DNA from: Gammaproteobacteria bacterium
Lineage (GTDB): Bacteria; Pseudomonadota; Gammaproteobacteria; Ga0077536
Assembly: GCA_963662545.2 (NCBI GenBank)
Contig: CAXXLL010000002.1
Location: 2,464,001 to 2,528,000, forward strand
Length of the DNA: 64,000 bases
Direction: 5' to 3'
Shown here piece by piece: positions 18,333 to 27,999 of the stretch (the first letter of the stretch is position 1; every line of letters begins with the position of its first letter). Position numbers and translations under genes: made by a program. The notes beneath the pieces are model-generated. The model saw nothing but the letters and a program-made list of their open reading frames with translations, had not been told where the DNA came from and searched no databases.

Positions 18333-20537
18333 ATGCAACGTTCCCGCTGGCTGCTAATCGCCGCTATCGTCCTTGCGATCGTGGTGTTTCTCGCTTTCGA
18401 TCCGGGCCGTTTCCTCAATCTTGCCTACCTGGAAGCCCAACAATCGTCGCTGCAGAATTACGTCGCCGCCTACCCTTTGCAGGCGTCGGGATTCTGTTTT
18501 CTCATCTACACCGTCGCAACGGCCGTATCCATACCGGGCGCATTTGTCATGACCCTTGCCGCTGGCGCCGTATTCGGCGTGCTCTGGGGAACGGTCATCG
18601 TGTCCTTTGCCAGCACCTTTGGCGCAACCATCGCGTTCCTGATGGCGCGTTATCTTTTCCGAGGGTTCGTGCAGGCGCGCTTCGGCCATCGCTTAGTCGC
18701 ACTCAACCGCGGCATAACACGCGACGGTCCCTTCTATCTGCTCACCTTGCGCCTAATCCCTATCGTGTCGTTCATCGCCATCAATCTGTTGATGGCCTTG
18801 ACGCCGATCAGCATGCGGAATTTTTATATCTACAGCCAGATCGGCATGCTGCCCGCAACTGTGGTGTACGTGTACGCAGGTACACAGCTCGCAGGAATCA
18901 ACAGCCTCGGTGACATCGCCTCGCCACCGGTCCTGGTATCGCTTGGTCTTCTCGCCATCTTTCCGTTCATCGCCAAGGCGATCATCAGCACCATCAAGCG
19001 CCGCCGTTTCCTCGCGAAATTCCCGCCACCGCCCGCAGTCGATCGCAATGTCATCGTCATTGGCGCCGGATCCGCGGGTTTGGTCGCCGCCGTTATCGCC
19101 GCCGCGGTAAAAGCCCGCGTATGCTTGATCGAGGAGCAGCGGATGGGCGGCGATTGCCTATACACCGGGTGTGTGCCCTCGAAGGCCCTGCTCAAGGTGT
19201 CTCGGCAAGTGCACCAGGCGCGTGCATGCGAAAAGCTCGGCATCCGCCGCATGGATGTCGAATTCGATTTCGCGGACGTCATGGAACGCGTTCAACGCGT
19301 GATCGAGCGCCTTGAACCGCACGATTCGATCGAGCGCTTTACGGATCTGGGCGTTGAATGCATCCACGGTCGGGCGCGCCTGATCTCGCCCCATGCGGTC
19401 GAGGTCGATGGGCGTGAGTTGAGCGCACGCGCCATTATCCTTGCCACCGGCGCCAGCCCCTTGGTCCCGCCGATCCCCGGCATCGAGGACGTGGCTTACC
19501 TGACTTCGGAAACGGTATGGGCGCTCCGTACCCTGCCCGACCGGTTGCTGGTGCTGGGCGGTGGGCCCGTCGGCTGCGAACTCGCACAGGCATTCGCACG
19601 ACTGGGAAGCCGCGTGACGGTCGTCGAAAAGGCCGAACGATTACTGCCGCGCGAAGACCCGGAAGTCTCCGAATTCATGCGGGGCATATTCGAAGAGGAA
19701 GGCATCACGCTCAAAATCGGCGCGGCCGCGGTTGGCTTTGCGAACGAGGACGGCACCCGGCGCCTACACTGCGAATTGGAGGACGGCGGCGCGGTAAAAC
19801 CTTTCGACGTCGAATTCGACGAAGTCATCCTCGCGCTCGGGCGACGACCCAACGTCGCCGGTTACGGACTGGAAGAACTCGGCATACCGCTCGGCGAGGA
19901 TGGCAGCATTGACGTCAACGACCATCTGCAGACCGCGCTGCCGACCGTATATGCCTGCGGCGATGTCGCCGGCCCCTACCAATTCACGCACACGGCTTCG
20001 CACCAGGCCTGGTATGCAACGGTCAATGCCTTATTCGGAGGACTCAAGCGGTTCGCCGTCGACTACCGCGTCATTCCATGGTGCACGTTTACCGATCCGG
20101 AAGTCGCGCACGTCGGCTTGAACGAAACCGAAGCGCGCGAGCACGGTACCGACTACGAAGTCACGCGCTATGACATCGACGAACTCGATCGGGCCATTGC
20201 TGACGGATCCAATCGCGGCTTTGTCAAAGTGCTCACCGCACCGGGCACCGATCGCATCCTGGGCGCCACGATCGTCAGTGAGCACGCCGGTGACTTGATC
20301 GCGGAGTTCATCCTAGCCATGAAGCACCACCTGGGCCTGAACAAGATCCTGCGAACGATTCACGTCTATCCGACGTTCTCGGAGGCCAACAAAGCCGCGG
20401 CGGCGAACTGGCGGCGCACCCACACCTCACCCAGAATCCTATCTCTGCTCAAACGCTACCATCGCTGGCGTCGTGAAGGCCGGCGCCGCAATGACAAACC
20501 CGCGGCTGCCGCTGCGGAAAGCACGGACCCCCGCTAG
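18333..20537 (+). CDS. DedA/TVP38 membrane domain fused to a MerA/Lpd-like pyridine nucleotide-disulfide oxidoreductase
   Basis: SNARE-associated motifs (PGA...AGAVFG, LRLIP, GMLP); GAGSAG, GGDCLYTGCVPSK, GGGPVG, IHVYPT. Confidence 0.9.
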   Translation: MQRSRWLLIAAIVLAIVVFLAFDPGRFLNLAYLEAQQSSLQNYVAAYPLQASGFCFLIYTVATAVSIPGAFVMTLAAGAVFGVLWGTVIVSFASTFGATIAFLMARYLFRGFVQARFGHRLVALNRGITRDGPFYLLTLRLIPIVSFIAINLLMALTPISMRNFYIYSQIGMLPATVVYVYAGTQLAGINSLGDIASPPVLVSLGLLAIFPFIAKAIISTIKRRRFLAKFPPPPAVDRNVIVIGAGSAGLVAAVIAAAVKARVCLIEEQRMGGDCLYTGCVPSKALLKVSRQVHQARACEKLGIRRMDVEFDFADVMERVQRVIERLEPHDSIERFTDLGVECIHGRARLISPHAVEVDGRELSARAIILATGASPLVPPIPGIEDVAYLTSETVWALRTLPDRLLVLGGGPVGCELAQAFARLGSRVTVVEKAERLLPREDPEVSEFMRGIFEEEGITLKIGAAAVGFANEDGTRRLHCELEDGGAVKPFDVEFDEVILALGRRPNVAGYGLEELGIPLGEDGSIDVNDHLQTALPTVYACGDVAGPYQFTHTASHQAWYATVNALFGGLKRFAVDYRVIPWCTFTDPEVAHVGLNETEAREHGTDYEVTRYDIDELDRAIADGSNRGFVKVLTAPGTDRILGATIVSEHAGDLIAEFILAMKHHLGLNKILRTIHVYPTFSEANKAAAANWRRTHTSPRILSLLKRYHRWRREGRRRNDKPAAAAAESTDPR

Positions 20538-20556
20538 GGACCTGCCGTCCCGCAAA

Positions 20557-21222
20557 TTAGGACGACGCCAGCTTATCGGCGGCGCGGATCGGCTCAGGCA
20601 GGCGAAACCGCGGTGCGCAATCCAGCACCAGGTCGATCGCACTCGTCAAGCTGACGCAATGGCCACTCGATACGAACAGGGGTCTGACTTTTGCTCGCGT
20701 ACGCAAGACGGCGCCGATGCATTCCCCACGGTGCTCGAGCGGCGACCAATCGCCGCGTCGCGCGCCGGGATCGTCGAAACGCCCGACGAGACACGATTTG
20801 GCTACCCCCACCGTTGGTATACCCGCAGCGAGGCCGAGATGACAAGCGCTGCCGATACGCCGCGGATGAGCGAGGCCATGGCCATCGCAGAGCACGATAT
20901 CGGGTTCGACCGCGAGACGGGCAAGCGCATCGAGCATCACCGGTACCTCGCGAAACGACAGCAGGCCCGGAATGTAGGGGAAAAGCGTAGGCCTTTCGAC
21001 CACGACGTCCTCGAGCACTTCGAGTTCCGGAAAACTCATGACGACCACGGCCACGCGGGTAAGCTTGCCGCGCGAAGGAAAACCCGCGTCGATACCCGCC
21101 ACGCGGCGGATCGTCCCGACACGATCGTCGGTGAGCATGCGCGATGCCAGGTGACGCTGCAGTGCCACCGCTTCGGTCGGCGTGAGCCGCCATTGTGCGG
21201 GATCGTCACTGCGCAAAGTCAC
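20557..21222 (-). CDS. nfi: Endonuclease V
   Basis: VAGID, FPYIPGLLSFRE, DGHGLAHPRR, GVAKS, RLPEPIRAAD. Confidence 0.95.
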   Translation of the reverse strand: MTLRSDDPAQWRLTPTEAVALQRHLASRMLTDDRVGTIRRVAGIDAGFPSRGKLTRVAVVVMSFPELEVLEDVVVERPTLFPYIPGLLSFREVPVMLDALARLAVEPDIVLCDGHGLAHPRRIGSACHLGLAAGIPTVGVAKSCLVGRFDDPGARRGDWSPLEHRGECIGAVLRTRAKVRPLFVSSGHCVSLTSAIDLVLDCAPRFRLPEPIRAADKLASS

Positions 21223-21940
21223 TGGCCTCGGCGATAAGGTCTTCGATCAGGGCCGCGAGCAGGCGCTCACCCTTCTCAATCGTCGCCCGCGTCGGATCGC
21301 CATTGACGCCGGTCGGCGAATAGTTCGGCGCATCGGGATCGCTGCGGTTAAAAATCCCGCGTTTGACAGGTACTTCGGCCGGGCGTGCGCGACCGAGTAC
21401 GACGCGGGACGGGTCGATCGCGAGCATGAGTGCCGTCTCGATTTCATCGGCATGGCCGCCGAAAACCTGCTCCTCGATTTCAAGTACCGTCCGCGCGAAG
21501 CGTGGGCCGGCGTAACAGTTGAACAGCCGCGTTGGCGGGCGCGTTGCGCGCGCCTCAAGCAATCGCTCGAGCGGAGGAATGGTACTGATCCCGGTATTCA
21601 ACAGGACGATGCGTGAAGCGCCTGCATGGTCGATGCCGTCGAGGATTTCGGTGATGACGGCGCGGAACGTTTCTTCGCTGAGCGAGATGCTGCCCGGATA
21701 CTCGGTGAACGCGGGATAGTAGCCGTAACTCGCGACCGGCCAGTCGAACGTATCTGCCAGCCGCTCGGCATAAAACGCGGCCTGAATAAAATCGGTCCCG
21801 TGCGGAAGATGCAGACCATGTTCCTTCGATGCCGCGCCGATCGGCAATAAGGCCGCTGCCCCTGTGGCGAGCCGCCGTTCCACCGCGGTCCAGGACAGAT
21901 CCTGCACCCAGTTGCCATCATCCAAGCCGTGTTCAACCAT
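21206..21940 (-). CDS. Creatininase-family amidohydrolase
   Basis: PIGA..KEHGLHLP.GTD, YPGSISL, GHADEIET, GVNGDPT; start uncertain (21940 or 21967). Confidence 0.88.
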   Translation of the reverse strand: MVEHGLDDGNWVQDLSWTAVERRLATGAAALLPIGAASKEHGLHLPHGTDFIQAAFYAERLADTFDWPVASYGYYPAFTEYPGSISLSEETFRAVITEILDGIDHAGASRIVLLNTGISTIPPLERLLEARATRPPTRLFNCYAGPRFARTVLEIEEQVFGGHADEIETALMLAIDPSRVVLGRARPAEVPVKRGIFNRSDPDAPNYSPTGVNGDPTRATIEKGERLLAALIEDLIAEASDFAQ

Positions 21941-21998
21941 GGCTGCTTCCGACCCTTTTTTCGCCATTCACGTTATCATCGCGCATTGCCGCACCTAA

Positions 21999-22159
21999 GG
22001 AACCTCTGGATAAGTTATGGACACCTGCCTTGCGCCTGAAATCGCGGAGCCTTACGTTGCGAATCTTGCCAATAGTCCCCAATATGGCCTGCGATTCGTG
22101 CCTTGATGTGCACGATTTCATGCACCATTCACCCGCACCTTAACTTATGCAGAGGTCCC
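21999..22159 (-). mobile_element. MITE-A copy 5 (second subfamily, reverse orientation)
   Basis: TIRs; perfect 4-bp duplication CTAA/CTAA. Confidence 0.92.
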
Positions 22160-22173
22160 CTAATGCCCGCAAG

Positions 22174-22692
22174 ATGATCGAAGCGATCAAATCAAAAATC
22201 AGGGACATACCGGATTTCCCCGCGCCCGGCGTCGTGTTCAAGGATCTCACGCCTCTCATTCGCGATCACCAGGCGCTGAAACTCGCCACCGAGATGCTGA
22301 TCGACCCCTTCCGGGAAGCGCGCATTACGGCCGTACTCGGCATGGAAGCCCGTGGCTTCATCTTCGGTTCGCTCGCGGCGATGGAACTCGGCGTGGGTTT
22401 CGTACCCCTGCGGAAACCGGGCAAACTCCCCGCGGCGACTTTCAATGTGAGCTACGAACTCGAATACGGTTCTGCAGAACTCCACATGCACACCGACGCG
22501 TTGAACGGCGACGATCGCGTGCTGCTGGTCGACGATCTGATCGCAACCGGCGGCACGGCCGCGGCAAGCCTCGAACTCGCGCAGCGCGCGGGTGCGAACG
22601 TCGTGGCGTGCGCATTTGTGGTGGAACTCGAATTTCTCAACGGCCGCGCCGCACTCGGCGATTGCAATGTCCACACTCTGGTGTGCTATTGA
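22174..22692 (+). CDS. apt: Adenine phosphoribosyltransferase
   Basis: IRDIPDFP.PGVVFKD, EARGFIFG, RKPGKLP, YELEYG, VDDLIATGGT. Confidence 0.96.
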   Translation: MIEAIKSKIRDIPDFPAPGVVFKDLTPLIRDHQALKLATEMLIDPFREARITAVLGMEARGFIFGSLAAMELGVGFVPLRKPGKLPAATFNVSYELEYGSAELHMHTDALNGDDRVLLVDDLIATGGTAAASLELAQRAGANVVACAFVVELEFLNGRAALGDCNVHTLVCY

Positions 22693-23309
22693 GTCTGAAA
22701 GAAATCAGTCCGGATTCAATCCTCGAATTCTGGTTCGGGACTTCGCTCGACGATCCGGAAGCGCTGGCCGCGCGAAACGAAATTTGGTTCGCCGCCGACG
22801 AAGCCTTTGACCAGACAGTGCGCGACCGCTTTGGCGCTCATTTGGAGCAGGCGGCGCGTGGGGATTACAAGCTCTGGAAACTGACGCCACGGGGGACCCT
22901 CGCTCTGATCATCACTTTCGATCAGCTTCCTCGGAACATCTTTCGGAGCACACCGCAGGCGTTTACCTACGATGAACGCGCGCTCGCGCTGTGCCGCGAC
23001 GGCGTTGCCATGGGTATCGATCGTGAACTCGAGCTTATCGAGCGCACTTTCTTTTATATGCCACTTGAACACGCCGAGGATCTCGACGCCCAGGACAAGA
23101 GCTTGGCCTGTTTCGAAGCACTCGACGCCGACGCCCCGGATCCGCTGAAGAAAATCACCACCGCTTACCTGCGCTACGCCGTGACGCATCGCGAGATCGT
23201 GCGCCGCTTCGGCCGTTTCCCGCACCGCAATCTGGTGCTGGGAAGAAAATCGACGCCGGAGGAAATCGAATGGATAGCCTCCGATGGCAATACTTTTGGG
23301 CAGAGTTGA
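22689..23309 (+). CDS. DUF924 family protein
   Basis: ILEFWF, DQLPRNIFR, FFYMPLEHAE, FGRFPHRN..LGR.ST.EE; TTG start overlaps the apt stop. Confidence 0.9.
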   Translation: MSLKEISPDSILEFWFGTSLDDPEALAARNEIWFAADEAFDQTVRDRFGAHLEQAARGDYKLWKLTPRGTLALIITFDQLPRNIFRSTPQAFTYDERALALCRDGVAMGIDRELELIERTFFYMPLEHAEDLDAQDKSLACFEALDADAPDPLKKITTAYLRYAVTHREIVRRFGRFPHRNLVLGRKSTPEEIEWIASDGNTFGQS

Positions 23310-23315
23310 AGATCC

Positions 23316-24095
23316 GTGTGCTTACTGCTCGTAGCGCATGACGCACACCCCGATTACCGGATGATCGTCGCCGCCAACCGCGATGAGTACCACGCGCGGC
23401 CCGCGCTGCCGGCGGACCGCTGGCTGGACAGCCCCGGTATCCTCGGGGGGCGCGATCTCGAAAGCGGTGGCACCTGGCTGGCCATTCACGAGAGCGGTCG
23501 TTTCGCCGCCGTGACCAATGTTCGAGCTGGCCACGCGGTGCGCTCCGGCCCGCGATCGCGCGGCTTGATCGTCACTGACTTCCTTAGCGAGACTACCAGC
23601 GCAGCGGCGTTTACCGCTTCGCTGGCATCCAAGGCGCGCGATTACGATGGTTTCAACCTTCTCGCCCATGACGGTACCGATCTGACCTGGTATTCCAATC
23701 AGGCCGATGAACCGCACACGCTTGAGGCGGGGATCTATACGCTGAGCAATGCGCAACTCGATACGCGCTGGCCAAAAACGGAATGGCTGCGTACGGGCTT
23801 CGATTCCGTCATGAACGACCATGAAGGCGACCCATTTCCCGGCCTGCTCGATCTACTGCGTAAGGCCGAGCGCGCGAGCGATGATGCCTTACCTAATACC
23901 GGCGTCGGACGTGAGATGGAAAGCCTGCTGTCTGCCATTTTTATCGAAGGCAGCCGCTACGGCACGCGCTGTTCGACGGTCGTGACGATCGATCGCGGCA
24001 GTCATATTCGATTCTGTGAACGGCGCTACGACTCGAGCGGACAATGCACGGGGGACAGCTGGTTCGCATTTGAACTAGGCGACGCCGCGCTTTAG
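23316..24095 (+). CDS. NRDE/TANGO2 family protein
   Basis: MCLL...AANRDE, GGTWL, TNVR, SRG, YGTRCST. Confidence 0.93.
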   Translation: MCLLLVAHDAHPDYRMIVAANRDEYHARPALPADRWLDSPGILGGRDLESGGTWLAIHESGRFAAVTNVRAGHAVRSGPRSRGLIVTDFLSETTSAAAFTASLASKARDYDGFNLLAHDGTDLTWYSNQADEPHTLEAGIYTLSNAQLDTRWPKTEWLRTGFDSVMNDHEGDPFPGLLDLLRKAERASDDALPNTGVGREMESLLSAIFIEGSRYGTRCSTVVTIDRGSHIRFCERRYDSSGQCTGDSWFAFELGDAAL

Positions 24096-24124
24096 GATCT
24101 GCTCACCCCATTGCGATATCACCC

Positions 24125-25408
24125 ATGGCGACACCCGTAGCAAACCTCGGACGCCGCATCGGCGAACTTACCAACGCGCGGATCAGTGAACGGTATGCCG
24201 CCGTGCGCGCTCTGACGGAGATCTTGATCGAACCGCTCTCGGCGGAAGACACCTGCGTGCAATCGATGCCCGATGCCAGCCCCGCGAAGTGGCACCTCGC
24301 CCACGTCACCTGGTTTTTCGAGACCTTTGTGCTCGAACCGCACGAAACCGGATTCAAACCGTTCCATCCGGCTTTTCGCGAACTGTTCAATTCGTACTAC
24401 AACTCGATTGGTGAGCAGTACCCGCGCCCGGCTCGCGGCATGATCACACGTCCGTCGTTAGCGGAAGTGATTGACTATCGCCACGCAGTCGACGAACGCA
24501 TAGGCACCGCGATCGAGACCGCTGATCGCGATCTCCTCGGCATCATCGAGCTCGGATTGCACCACGAACAGCAACACCAGGAACTGCTGTTAATGGACAT
24601 CAAACATTTATTGTCCCTTAACCCCTCGTATCCAAGTTATCGCGATTGTGCACAACCCGAGCCGCGGCCGCTGGAACCGCGCCAGCCAGTAGCCTTTGCT
24701 GGCGGTTTAGTTGAGATCGGACACGATGATTTCTCGTTCCGCTACGACAATGAAACGCCCCGCCACAAAGTCTGGCTCGAGCCGTTCGAACTGGAATCGC
24801 GGCCGATTACCAACGGCGAATACCTGGAGTTCGTCGAGAGCGGCTGCTACGAGCTGGCAAGCTTGTGGCTCGCCGACGGCTGGACAAAGATCAACGACGA
24901 GGGCTGGCGCTCACCGGGGTATTGGCGGCGGTGCGATGGCGATTGGTTCGAATTCACGCTCGGCGGCCTTGAACCACTCGACCTCAATGCGCCTGTTTGC
25001 CACGTCAGCCATTATGAAGCGGATGCGTTCGCCCGCTGGGCCGGCGCCCGCCTGCCGAGTGAATTCGAATGGGAAGCCGCCGTCGCCGACATAAAGGTCG
25101 AAGGAAATTTCATGGCTTCCGGTTTTCTCCATCCGCGACAAAGCGGCGACGGCGGCACGAAGCGACTCCACCAGGCATTCGGCGACGTGTGGGAGTGGAC
25201 CCGCTCAGCCTACACACCCTACCCCGGCTTCACGACCGAAAAAGGCGCGATCGGAGAATACAACGGGAAATTCATGAGCAATCAAACCATACTCAAGGGC
25301 GGCGGCTGCGCGACGCCCACCGGGCATTCGCGCGCGAGTTACCGGAATTTCTTTTATCCTCACAACCGTTGGCAATTTTCGGGGATCCGGCTCGCCCACG
25401 ACACCTGA
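24125..25408 (+). CDS. egtB: Ergothioneine biosynthesis sulfoxide synthase
   Basis: QSMPDASPAKWHLAH, FNSYY, HHEQQHQELLL, FGE-sulfatase domain, GEYNGKFM, RASYRNFF. Confidence 0.93.
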   Translation: MATPVANLGRRIGELTNARISERYAAVRALTEILIEPLSAEDTCVQSMPDASPAKWHLAHVTWFFETFVLEPHETGFKPFHPAFRELFNSYYNSIGEQYPRPARGMITRPSLAEVIDYRHAVDERIGTAIETADRDLLGIIELGLHHEQQHQELLLMDIKHLLSLNPSYPSYRDCAQPEPRPLEPRQPVAFAGGLVEIGHDDFSFRYDNETPRHKVWLEPFELESRPITNGEYLEFVESGCYELASLWLADGWTKINDEGWRSPGYWRRCDGDWFEFTLGGLEPLDLNAPVCHVSHYEADAFARWAGARLPSEFEWEAAVADIKVEGNFMASGFLHPRQSGDGGTKRLHQAFGDVWEWTRSAYTPYPGFTTEKGAIGEYNGKFMSNQTILKGGGCATPTGHSRASYRNFFYPHNRWQFSGIRLAHDT

Positions 25409-25423
25409 ACGGGTGCGGGCTAG

Positions 25424-25681
25424 CCCGCCTATTGCACGACGGACGGCGGATACCGGCGCAGGACAGGTGCGTCTGGACGCCGGTCTGGAACTCGAGTCTG
25501 AGCTGTAGCTATGGCGAGAGCTTGACCTGAGTCCAGGCGCACATGGACCAGCCGGTGCCGTCGTAGGCCGCCAGCGGTGGTACCCATTGCAATTTGCTCG
25601 AACATCGTCGAATGGCCTGATTAATCCTGTTCGCTCAACAACTTCTCTGAGCGCCGCGGCCGCCTTCGTGCGATAGGCGGG
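25424..25681 (+). mobile_element. MITE-B, complete 258-bp copy
   Basis: TIR CCCGCCTATTGCACGA vs CCCGCCTATCGCACGA (15/16); CTAG on both sides. Confidence 0.88.
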
Positions 25682-26458
25682 CTAGCTACTCAAGCCGCCA
25701 TTGATCTTCAATGATTGCCCAGTGATGAACGCGGCTTCATCCGAGCAGAGAAAGACCGCGGCCGCCGCGACATCCGCCGGCGTTCCTAAACGCCGCATGG
25801 GCGTCTGCCCGATCACGGCTGCTCGGTAATCGTCATCCATATCCTTTTCTGCGAATGCCGTCGCAATCCAACCGGGCGCGAGTTCATTGACGCGGATCGC
25901 AGGTGCGAGCGAGCGCGCCAGCGAACGGGTGAATCCCGTCACGCCCGCTTTGATCGCGGCGAACATCTCGGGGTTGCGCTCGGCCATACCGGCGAGCGCC
26001 ATATCCCAGGACATGTTGAGAATGACGCCCGCTGCCTGGGTCCGCATGATCTCCGCGACTTTCCACGAGCACAGCATCGTCCCGCGCAAGTCTACGTCGA
26101 TCAGGCGCGACAGCTTCTCCACGTCTTCGAGCTTCGCCGCCGCGCCCGTGAGAATGTCCGCGCCTGCGATGTTGGCCCAGATGTCGATGCCGCCTAGCAG
26201 TCGCTTCGATTCGTGCACGAGACGGTGGACGTCCTTTACGTTCGACACATCGGCCTGGATTTCGCTGCCAGACCCGCCTGCAGCAGAGACAAGCTCCACC
26301 GTCTCGCGTGCCCCGTCATGCGAACGCGCGTAATTCACCACCACCGAAGCGCCTTCTCGGGCAAAAGCAACGGCGATGGCCCGGCCGATGCCACTGCTCG
26401 CACCGGTTATAACTGCGCGTTTATCCGTAAGCCGCATACCGCTTAATGCTTTCATCAA
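25682..26458 (-). CDS. SDR-family oxidoreductase
   Basis: TGASSGIG, NIAG, FAAIK in place of YxxxK, VNELAPG, ITGQ. Confidence 0.9.
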   Translation of the reverse strand: MMKALSGMRLTDKRAVITGASSGIGRAIAVAFAREGASVVVNYARSHDGARETVELVSAAGGSGSEIQADVSNVKDVHRLVHESKRLLGGIDIWANIAGADILTGAAAKLEDVEKLSRLIDVDLRGTMLCSWKVAEIMRTQAAGVILNMSWDMALAGMAERNPEMFAAIKAGVTGFTRSLARSLAPAIRVNELAPGWIATAFAEKDMDDDYRAAVIGQTPMRRLGTPADVAAAAVFLCSDEAAFITGQSLKINGGLSS

Positions 26459-26598
26459 ATTGGTGTTCGACGAAGCCTAGCACGACGATCCGGCGGCAAG
26501 TAGCGGATAAAATTCAATATTGGCCGACCATAGCGCAGTGGTCGCGTCACGCGAACTGTGTTTAAGTTAACGGCTTATCCAGGGGATATTCGGAGTCG

Positions 26599-26907
26599 AT
26601 GGACGACTGGTATCTGTATCTCGTGCGAACGCGGCTCGGTACTTTGTACACGGGGATCTCAACCGATGTTCCAAGACGGCTGTCCGAACACGAGGGCCAT
26701 GAAAAAGGCGCGAAATACTTGCGATCCAAAGGCCCGCTCGAACTCGCCTACGCAGTAAGAATCGGTGACCGAGCACTCGCATTGCGGGCAGAACACGTAT
26801 TGAAGCAGTTGCCGAAAGCGGACAAGGAAAAGATCGTCCGCCGTCAACCCGCGCCCGCGAACCTCTTGGAACTCCTGGGCGTCGCATCTTCAAATCGAAC
26901 GGCGTGA
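26599..26907 (+). CDS. GIY-YIG nuclease (UPF0213/YhbQ-like)
   Basis: WYLYLV, LYTGIST, RRLSEH, GAKYLR. Confidence 0.9.
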   Translation: MDDWYLYLVRTRLGTLYTGISTDVPRRLSEHEGHEKGAKYLRSKGPLELAYAVRIGDRALALRAEHVLKQLPKADKEKIVRRQPAPANLLELLGVASSNRTA

Positions 26908-27030
26908 TGCTTGATACCGGTCCTTTTCGCTTGAGTATTCGCGAGCGGAGCAAAGTGGTTAAATGAACCGAGATGCAACTATGCTGAACACAATACCCAC
27001 CCACTTACAGCCATCCGAGCGTAATAACCC

Positions 27031-27453
27031 ATGAATAAGCTGCTTCGCCCATTGGTCCTTGGTTTCTGCCTACTCGCCACCGCATCATCTGCGATCGCCG
27101 AAGAGGAATTGGGAAAGGTAGCCGAATGCGCGCACTCGGTGGCATCGGTCCCGATAAACATAAAGGGGATCTTGAGCCCGATTTACTCGGCAACATCCAG
27201 CGACGAGCGCCTGGCGGCGGCATCCAAAGAGCTCCATACGCTGATGTCAGAAATCAATTTCTGCCGAGTATTCGTTCTTTCAGGAGAAACGACGAGCACC
27301 GAAAAGCAACGCGATGCAATGGAATGGAAGTCCCTCAATCAGTGGTTGATCCGGCTGACGAATTTCACCAGCCTCAATGCGAAAGGCGATATGGACCTGG
27401 ACTGGAAAGAGGAATACGAACTTTTTATCGAAGTCTACGAATTGGAAATCTAA
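27031..27453 (+). CDS. Exported hypothetical protein
   Basis: signal peptide ending ASSAIA; two Cys; no recognised motif. Confidence 0.7.
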   Translation: MNKLLRPLVLGFCLLATASSAIAEEELGKVAECAHSVASVPINIKGILSPIYSATSSDERLAAASKELHTLMSEINFCRVFVLSGETTSTEKQRDAMEWKSLNQWLIRLTNFTSLNAKGDMDLDWKEEYELFIEVYELEI

Positions 27454-27568
27454 ACGATTTTCCGGCGTTCGATCATTCGAACGGCATCGACTCGACGAGG
27501 TGCTGCGGGCCGCCCGTCCTTGTCGCAAAACCAATGCATGGTTTCCGTAAAGACCTGAGAGCATCATC

Positions 27569-27841
27569 ATGACGATGGAGTGGTATGACTATGTCGGCAC
27601 CGGCGGGGTAATAATGATCCTGATTGCCTATTTCCTGCTGCAGACCGAACGGCTCGCGAGCACTGCGCTCAGCTATTCGGTGCTCAATCTGCTGGGCGCC
27701 TCGTTCATCACTGTGTCGCTGTTGTTCGATTTCAATCTGTCGGCATTCGTCATCGAAGTGTGCTGGGTCGCCATCAGTATCTACGGCATCATGCGCTACG
27801 CTCGGGACAGGCATAAGGGTAGCACCCGCACCGCCGGGTAA
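27569..27841 (+). CDS. Small membrane protein (CBU_0592-like)
   Basis: three hydrophobic helices; AYFLLQ, YSVLNLLGA, FNLSAFVIE.CW..IS. Confidence 0.75.
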   Translation: MTMEWYDYVGTGGVIMILIAYFLLQTERLASTALSYSVLNLLGASFITVSLLFDFNLSAFVIEVCWVAISIYGIMRYARDRHKGSTRTAG

Positions 27842-27999
27842 AGACGCTTTCCGCTTACCGGACATTACTTCGGATATACTCGTGGCCGACGGTCGACGAC
27901 CGCTCAGTAACGGGTCTGCCGGTCGTTTTAGAACTTGAGAAACCGCGCGTGCACCGCGACTGCTGCACCGCTGGATTTCCGACGAGGTAGATATACAAA

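Noticed and set aside
18333-20537. Calling this gene merA or lpdA
   Set aside because: It has no C-terminal Cys-Cys or mer operon, reads HVYPT rather than the Lpd HPT motif, and carries an N-terminal DedA domain.
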